NCBI GenBank assembly: GCA_003241485.1 | Contig: QFQD01000003.1 | Location: 47,720 to 111,719, forward strand | Length of the DNA: 64,000 nucleotides | Direction: 5' to 3' | Origin: Ancylobacter novellus | Lineage (GTDB): Bacteria > Pseudomonadota > Alphaproteobacteria > Rhizobiales > Xanthobacteraceae | Part shown: in pieces, positions 57,435 through 64,000 of the stretch | Position numbering within the stretch: the stretch's first letter is position 1 | Layout of the letters: the number at the start of each line of letters is the position of its first letter | Made by a program: the position numbers and the translations under genes | The notes under the pieces: model-generated | The model's database searches: none | What the model saw: only the letters and a program-made list of their open reading frames with translations | Told to the model about the DNA's origin: nothing

Positions 57435-58037
57435 ATGAACCTCCCAACCATCCGCAAGGTCTTCGAGGGCGTCGCCGACCGGCGCGAGATGTTCCGCATG
57501 TTCGACCGCCACGTGCAGCGTCCGGACCGCTGGCAGGGCGACGACAGCGCGCTCTACCGCGGCGAATGGTTCGAGATCGGTCAGGTCGAGCACGACTACA
57601 TGTTCGAGGTGCTGCCGCCGCTCTGGATGCGTGGCGACATGTTCGCCATGCGCGAATTCCTGACCGGAAGCATCACCAGCGTCTTTTTCTCGCTGACGAT
57701 CGACGGCCGGGTTCGCTACTTCCACGGCTATTGCGATCTGTCGGATCCACGTTCTCCCGATTGCCTGAAGGCTGTGGTCACCGAGCGCGAATCCCGGCCG
57801 GCGAAGGCAATGACCCGGGACGAGCGCCTCGAGCACATCTGGAGCGCGACGAACGACGAGTATCGTGGCTATGCCGACTGGCGATTCCCGCTTGCCGCGC
57901 GCGGCAGGCGCATCGTCATCGTCTATGGCCGGGATCGGGGCCGCGACTTCAAGCTGCTCGACCATCTCACGGACGCGGAGATCGGCTCCAAGCTTCCGGT
58001 GCATCTGCGCTACCTGCCCGACGCGATGGCGGCGTAG
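57435..58037 (+). CDS. DUF1419-family protein
   Basis: AAGGAG RBS. RKVFEGVADRREMFRMFDRH...GEWFEIGQVEHDYMFEVLPPLWMRGDMFAMREFLTG matches my recollection of DUF1419. TAG stop. Confidence 0.7.
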   Translation: MNLPTIRKVFEGVADRREMFRMFDRHVQRPDRWQGDDSALYRGEWFEIGQVEHDYMFEVLPPLWMRGDMFAMREFLTGSITSVFFSLTIDGRVRYFHGYCDLSDPRSPDCLKAVVTERESRPAKAMTRDERLEHIWSATNDEYRGYADWRFPLAARGRRIVIVYGRDRGRDFKLLDHLTDAEIGSKLPVHLRYLPDAMAA

Positions 58038-58045
58038 GTGCTGCC

Positions 58046-58444
58046 ATGTTCACCTTCTCCGTGACAGACGTCCATGCGGTCATCACGCGTGGGCGTATCG
58101 ATGCCCTCGCCAATGGCGGCTTTCGCAATCCCTATTACGGACTCCGCCCCGGCAAGGACGAGAAGCCCGGTCTCTGGCTGGTCGGCGACGAGGGAGTCTA
58201 TCTGCTCTCCAACGGCAAGCTCGCCGAGGGGCAGCGAGCCCTCGTCGTCTATGCCGAGGAATGCGATCCGAAGACCAATCCCGACTACTGGCACTACAAG
58301 CGCAAGCATTTCGGCGGCGATGACGGGATCGAGTTTCTCGATGCCGAGATGCTCGTGAAGCAAATCGCCGCGGTTCCTCGAGCCACACATGTACGGATCG
58401 AAATGACCGACACCAGCATGTCGATCACGCCGTTCCGCCGCTGA
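58046..58444 (+). CDS. DUF3085-family protein
   Basis: 132 aa. FSVTDVHAVITRG...GLWLVGDEGVYLLSNG is the typical pattern. It starts 8 nt after the DUF1419 stop. Confidence 0.65.
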   Translation: MFTFSVTDVHAVITRGRIDALANGGFRNPYYGLRPGKDEKPGLWLVGDEGVYLLSNGKLAEGQRALVVYAEECDPKTNPDYWHYKRKHFGGDDGIEFLDAEMLVKQIAAVPRATHVRIEMTDTSMSITPFRR

Positions 58445-58554
58445 CATCCTCGGGCCAGACCGCCCGTTCCCGACCATCACCGCGACCATCGCTCCTTCCG
58501 GCGCACGCTCCGGCGGGCCGATGCCGCGCGCCTTCATCACAGGAGACATTTCCC

Positions 58555-61500
58555 ATGGCGCAGGACGATCCCTTCACGCTTGATCTCTTCGGCAATACCG
58601 CCCTGTCGTCGGGGCTTGGCCTCGGCGTGACGGCCTTTGCCGGCACCGCGGCCTCCGGCCCCGACGATGACGACGATCCCGATCCATCGACTCCGGCTCC
58701 CGCGGCTCCCGCTGCGGGGGCCGCGCCTTCGACACAGCGTGCGGCGCGTGAGCGCGGCGTGAACTTTCACCTCGCCGGCGACCGCGCCTTGGCGAAAGGC
58801 TGGAAGGACCGCGCGCATGACAACATCGCATCGATTCGCCTCGCGGCCGCGATCGAGGCGGCGGAGCGTCCCGCAACGCTCCAGGAGCAGGCGCAGCTGA
58901 TCCGCTTCACCGGATTCGGCGCCTCCGATCTCGCCAATTTCGTGTTCCGGCGCCCCGGCGAAGCTGAGTTCCGCAAAGGCTGGGAGGCGATCGGCGAGGA
59001 TCTGGAGGATGCTGTCGGCGATCTCGACCGAGCGTCGCTCGCGCGCTGCACCCAGTATGCGCACTTCACCCCGGAATTCGTTGTCCGCGCGGTGTGGACG
59101 GGGCTTCAGCAACTCGGCTGGCGCGGCGGGCGGATTCTCGAGCCAGGCGTCGGCACGGGCCTGTTTCCGGCGCTGATGCCTGAGTCTTTTCGCGACGTGT
59201 CGCATGTCACCGGCATCGAGCTCGATCCGGTCACGGCACGCATCGTCCGGCTGCTGCAGCCACGAGCGCGGATCATCGCCGGCGATTTCGCCCGCACCGA
59301 GCTGCCGGCGAATTTCGACCTCGCGATCGGCAACCCGCCCTTCTCCGATCGCACCGTGCGTGCGGATCGCGTCTATCGGTCGATGGGTCTCCGCCTACAC
59401 GACTATTTCATTGCGCGGGCGATCGATCTGCTGAAGCCGGGGGCGCTTGCGGCCTTCGTGACCAGCGCGGGCACGATGGACAAGGCCGACGGCAGCGCGC
59501 GCGAGCACATCGCGAAATCGGCTGATCTCGTCGGCGCGATCCGGCTGCCCGAGGGCAGCTTTCGCGCCAGCGCAGGCACCGACGTGGTGGTCGACCTCCT
59601 CTTCTTCCGCAAGCGCAAGATCGGCGACGCCGAAGGCGATCCGTCATGGCTCGATCTCGACGAGGTGCGACCGGCGACGGAGGACGAAGGCGCCATCCGC
59701 GTGAACCGCTGGTTCGCGATGTATCCCACCTTCGTGCTCGGCACGCATGCGCTCGCCTCCGGACCCTTCGGCGAGACCTATACCTGCCTTCCGCGCGAGG
59801 GCGAGGATCTTGGCGCCGTGCTCCCGGCGGCGATCAAGCGTCTTCCGGAAGCCGTCTATGACGGCGAGCCCGGCATAATCGACCTTGACCTTGAGGATGG
59901 CGCCGACCAAGCCGCTCGCGACCTCCCGGGCGATCGGCATGTCCGCGAAGGCAGCTATGTCTTCGACAAGGCCCGCGGCCTGATGCAGGTCCTCGACGGC
60001 AGCCCCGTCGCGGTCAAGGTTCGCAAGGGGCGCAGCGCCGACGGCGTCCCCGAGAAGCACGTCCGCATCGTCCAGAAGCTCATCCCGATCCGTGACGCCG
60101 TACGCGAGGTGCTCAAATGCCAGGAGCTCGACCGGCCGTGGAAGGATGCGCAGGTCCGCTTGCGCATCGCCTGGTCGAGCTTCGTCCGCGACTTCGGCCC
60201 GATCAATTTCACCACGGTCTCCATGACCGAGGACGAGGAGACGGGCGAGGTGCGCGAGACGCATCGTCGGCCGAACCTCCAGCCCTTCCTCGACGATCCC
60301 GATTGCTGGCTGGTCGCCTCGATCGAGGACTACGACCTCGAGACCAACACGGCGAAGCCCGGGCCGATCTTCACGCAGCGTGTGATCTCGCCGCCGGCGG
60401 CGCCGGTGATCACCAACGCGGCCGACGCACTGGCCGTGGTGCTGAACGAGCGCGGTCGCGTCGATATCGACCACATCGCCGAGCTGCTACATCGCGACCG
60501 CGACGATTTCGTCGCCGAGCTCGGCAGCGCGATCTTCCGCGATCCCGCCAACGGCTCCTGGCAGACCGCCGATGCCTATCTCTCCGGCGCTGTCCGCGAC
60601 AAGCTGAAGGCTGCGGAGGCGGCCGCCGCGCTCGACCCGGAATATAAGCGCAACGTCACGGCGCTGCAGGGCGTGCAGCCGGCCGATCTCAGTCCGTTCG
60701 ACATCACCGCGCGGCTCGGCGCGCCGTGGATTCCGGCGGCGGATGTCGTCGCCTTCGTCAAGGAGACGATGGGCGCGGAGATCAGGATCCACCACATGCC
60801 GGAATTGGCCTCCTGGACCGTGGAGGCCCGGCAGCTCGGCTACATGGCGGCGGGGACGTCGGAATGGGGCACGGACCGCCGGCATGCCGGCGAGCTTCTC
60901 GCCGATGCGCTGAACAGCCGCGTGCCGCAGATCTTCGACACGGTGAAGGACGGCGATAGCGAGCGCCGCGTCCTGAACATCGTCGACACGGAGGCCGCGA
61001 AATCCAAGCTCTCGAGGATCAAGGATGAATTCCAGCGCTGGATCTGGTCCAATCCCGACCGTACCGATCGGCTGGCACGGGTCTATAACGACCGCTTCAA
61101 CAACATCGCGCCGAGATCCTTCGACGGCTCCCATCTGAAACTACCGGGAGCCTCTGGCGCCTTCGTTCTTTATGGTCACCAGAAGCGTGGCATCTGGCGG
61201 ATCATCTCGGCCGGTTCGACTTATCTCGCGCATGCGGTCGGCGCCGGCAAGACCATGACGATGGCGGCGGCCATCATGGAGCAGCGCCGTCTCGGCCTGA
61301 TCGCCAAGGCGATGCTCGTGGTGCCCGGGCACTGTCTGGCGCAGGCCGCGCGCGAGTTCCTGGCGCTCTATCCGAACGCGCGCATCCTCGTCGCCGACGA
61401 GACCAACTTCGTGAAGGAGAGGCGCCACCGCTTCCTCTCGCGCGCGGCGACGTCGACCTGGGATGCGATCATCATCACGCATTCGGCCTTCCGCTTCATC

Positions 61501-63654
61501 TCCGTGCCCTCGGCCTTCGAGCAGCAGATGATCCAGGACGAGCTCGAGCTCTACGAGACGCTGCTGACCAAGGTCGAGAGCGACGACCGCGTCTCGCGCA
61601 AGCGGCTCGAGCGCTTGAAGGAGGGACTGAAAGAGCGCCTGGAATCGCTGGCGACGCGGAAGGACGACCTGCTCACCATCTCCGAGATCGGCGTCGACCA
61701 GATCATCGTCGACTAGGCCCAAGAGTTCAGGAAGCTCTCCTTCGCGACCAACATGTCGACCTTGAAGGGCGTCGATCCGAACGGCTCGCAACGTGCCTGG
61801 GACCTCTATGTGAAGTCCCGCTTCGTCGAGACGAAAAACCCGGGCCGCGCGCTCGTGCTCGCCTCCGGCACGCCGATCACCAATACGCTCGGCGAGATGT
61901 TCTCGGTGCAGCGGTATCTGGGATACGCGGCGCTGCTCGAACGTGGGCTGCATGAGTTCGATGCCTGGGCCTCGACCTTCGGCGACGTGTCGACCGAGCT
62001 CGAGCTGCAGCCGTCGGGCAAATACAAGCCGGTGACGCGGTTCGCCACCTTCGTCAACGTGCCGGAGCTGATCGCCATGTTCCGCTCCTTCGCGGACGTG
62101 GTGATGCCGGCGGACCTCCGGCGTTATGTGAAGGTGCCGGCGATCTCGACCGGCCGGCGGCAGATCGTCACCGCGAAGCCGACCGCTGCGTTCAAGCGCT
62201 ACCAGGTGCTGCTCGACGCGCGCATCAAGGCGATCGAAATGCGCGACCGGCCGCCGGAGCCGGGCGACGACATCCTGCTCTCGGTCATCACCGACGGACG
62301 CCACGCCGCGATCGATCTGCGTCTCGTCGACCCGGACAATGATAACGAGCCGGACAACAAGCTGAACCAGCTCGTCGCCAACGCCTTCCGCATCTGGAAG
62401 GAGACGGCCGAGAACACCTACGTCCGGGCCGACGGCAAGCCGTTCGAGCTCCCCGGTGCCGCGCAGATGATCTTTTCCGACCTCGGCACGATCAGCGTGG
62501 AGAAGACGCGCGGCTTCTCAGCCTATCGCTGGATCCGGGACGAACTTGTCCGCTTGGGCGTGCCGGCCACTGAGATCGCCTTCATGCAGGACTACAAGAA
62601 GTCGGAGGCGAAGCAGCGGCTCTTCGGCGACGTGCGTGCGGGCAGGGTCCGCTTCCTTCTCGGAAGCTCGGAGACGATGGGCACCGGCGTCAATGCGCAG
62701 CTGCGCCTGAAGGCCCTGCATCATCTCGACGTGCCTTGGCTCCCCTCGCACATTGAGCAGCGCGAGGGCAGGATCGAGAGGCAGGGCAATCAGCACGATG
62801 TCGTCGACATCTTCGCCTATGCGACGGAGGGCTCGCTCGACGCGACCATGTGGCAGAACAACGAGCGCAAGGCCCGCTTCATCGCCGCGGCGCTGTCCGG
62901 CGACACCTCGGTCCGGCGTCTCGATGATCTCGGCGAAGGCCAGACCAACCAGTTCGCCATGGCGAAGGCGATCGCATCCGGCGACCAACGGCTGATGCAG
63001 AAGGCCGGGCTCGAAGCGGACATCGCCCGTCTCGAACGGCTCCGTGCCGCCCACCAGGACGATCAGTTCGCCGTTCGTCGTCAGATCCGTGACGCCGAGC
63101 GCGAGATCGAGTTCGCGACGCAGCGCATCGGGGAGATCGAGCAGGATATCGCGCGCCTGGTCCCAACCACCGGCGACGCCTTCGCGATGACCGTGACCGG
63201 CAAAGTTCATGGCGAGCGCAAGGAGGCCGGCCGGGCGCTGATGAAGGAGATCCTGACGCTCGTGCAGCTGCAGCAGGAGGATGAGAGTGTCATCGCCTCG
63301 GTCGGCGGCTTCGATCTCGAATATTCCGGCGAGCGCTTCGGACGGGATGGCTATCGCTACAGCACCCTGCTCCTCCGGACGGGATCTGAATGCGAAATCG
63401 ACCTGCCGGTGACCGTCACGCCCCTCGGCGCGATCTCACGTCTCGAGCACGCCCTCGACGATTTCGATGGCGAGCAGGAGCGATTTCGGCAGCGTCTCAC
63501 TGATGCTCGGCGACGTCTTTCCTCCTACCGGTCCCGCGACGGGGGTGCGTTCGCCTTTGCCGAGGAGCTGGCGGAAAAGCGGCGTCAACTCGCGGCGATC
63601 GAGGCTGATCTCGCCGCTGATACGGAAAATCCGGCCGAGCGGGCTGCCGCCTGA
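58555..63654 (+). pseudogene. Large N6-adenine DNA methyltransferase / SF2 helicase fusion (conjugative-element type): one 1700-codon frame interrupted by a single in-frame TAG at 61714-61716
   Basis: AGGAG RBS. MTase motif I EPGVGTGLF and motif IV GNPPFS. Helicase motif I AHAVGAGKT. Motif II reads IIVD-TAG-AQEF where DEAQ is expected. The downstream ORF (61753..63654) is in the same frame and carries motif III SGTPITN and motif VI-like EQREGRIERQG. Confidence 0.8.
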
Positions 63655-63659
63655 CCGCT

Positions 63660-64000
63660 TCAGCGCGACAGGCGGTTCTCGTCGTCGATCAGCACCAGCC
63701 GGGCCGGCGGCGCGTTGGACCATCGCCACAGGACGAGGTTCAAATCCTCCGCTGTCGAGCCGGCGGCGAAGCTGCGGACCAGCAGGCCGTTGTAGCCGGC
63801 GCCGATCAGGCGCCGGGCGAGAGCCTGGGTCTTCGCCTCGCCGTTGGTCCTCATCTGATCCCGCCAGGTCGTGTCGGCGATCGCCGCCGCATTCATTCCC
63901 TCTGCTGCCAGCGCGGCATCATCGCGGCAATCGAAGATGCCGTCGATCTCCGCCTCATAGGCGACGAGCGTCGTCGGCTGAAGATTGCCGACCTGATTGG
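63660..64000 (-). CDS. RES-domain toxin (NAD+-targeting RES/Xre-type TA toxin), 3' part; the 5' end lies outside the window
   Basis: The frame is open to the window edge. PTTLVAYEAEIDGIFDC...GYNGLLVRSFAAGSTAEDLNLVLWRW is typical of RES toxins. It is convergent with the methylase-helicase, with a 5-nt gap. Confidence 0.7.
   Translation of the reverse strand, partial: NQVGNLQPTTLVAYEAEIDGIFDCRDDAALAAEGMNAAAIADTTWRDQMRTNGEAKTQALARRLIGAGYNGLLVRSFAAGSTAEDLNLVLWRWSNAPPARLVLIDDENRLSR

Noticed and set aside
51856-61716. The idea that TAG is reassigned to a sense codon in this element
   Set aside because: TAG is the natural terminator of at least five otherwise normal genes here (ends at 16096, 39991, 40956, 48573 and 58035). 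Two of the four interrupted genes carry additional lesions. No suppressor tRNA is visible. I keep this only as something to exclude by checking reads.
1-64000. Search for CRISPR arrays, rRNA genes and long tandem or interspersed repeats
   Set aside because: Reading the sequence, I saw no regularly spaced direct repeats, no rRNA-like conserved blocks and no long exact repeats. The only exceptions are the 27-bp copper operator pair and the short motifs already listed. A computational repeat scan is still needed to be sure.

Overview
This is visibly high-GC DNA (my estimate is above 60%, not computed) that looks alphaproteobacterial and Rhizobiales-like. It reads as a plasmid or genomic-island segment, not core chromosome. 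By eye I found no rRNA gene, tRNA gene or CRISPR array.

The window has three parts.

(1) 1-39.1 kb: a metal-homeostasis and low-oxygen or dormancy-type survival island.
- It carries four P1B-type ATPases: one partial CopB-like, CopA with CopZ and CueR, one with a TPCP motif (P1B-5-like) overlapping chrA, and one CopB-like with an unusual CPD motif.
- It carries a tightly coupled operon of a prs-like gene, a phosphoketolase, a beta-CASP hydrolase and a long-form thymidine/AMP-phosphorylase-like gene.
- Other genes are MgtC/DUF4010, an alpha-glucan phosphorylase with a CBS-BON protein, an operon of a DASS transporter, an FeS-flavoprotein and KorAB, an FtsH gene followed by HlyD, RbbA and an ABC-2 permease, an MFS transporter and PPK2.

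(2) 39.1-53.4 kb: a scarred mosaic.
- Remnants include an IstB fragment, a frameshifted and truncated IS5-family transposase, a truncated SDR and a cytochrome c pseudogene.
- Intact genes include a YHS protein, an ECF sigma factor with a Cys-rich C-terminal tail, a thiolase plus a DUF3141 protein, and an Fnr-type regulator with an N-terminal Cys cluster.
- Also intact are a secreted 9-Cys protein, a NifX-like protein, a DUF2933 / ICMT-like / Met-rich CpxP-like module, and a LuxR solo.

(3) 53.4-64 kb: mobile-element backbone.
- It contains an AbiEi/AbiEii pair, a dinB remnant, DUF3991-Toprim, DUF1419 and DUF3085 genes.
- It also contains a ~1700-codon methylase-helicase frame broken by one in-frame TAG, and a partial RES toxin gene.

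The most notable non-genic signal is an AT-rich dyad, TTGAT-N4-GTTAA(AG). It recurs in at least nine intergenic regions across the island. I read it as a candidate regulon of the locally encoded Fnr-type regulator.

All family calls come from reading motifs in the supplied translations. No database search was run.
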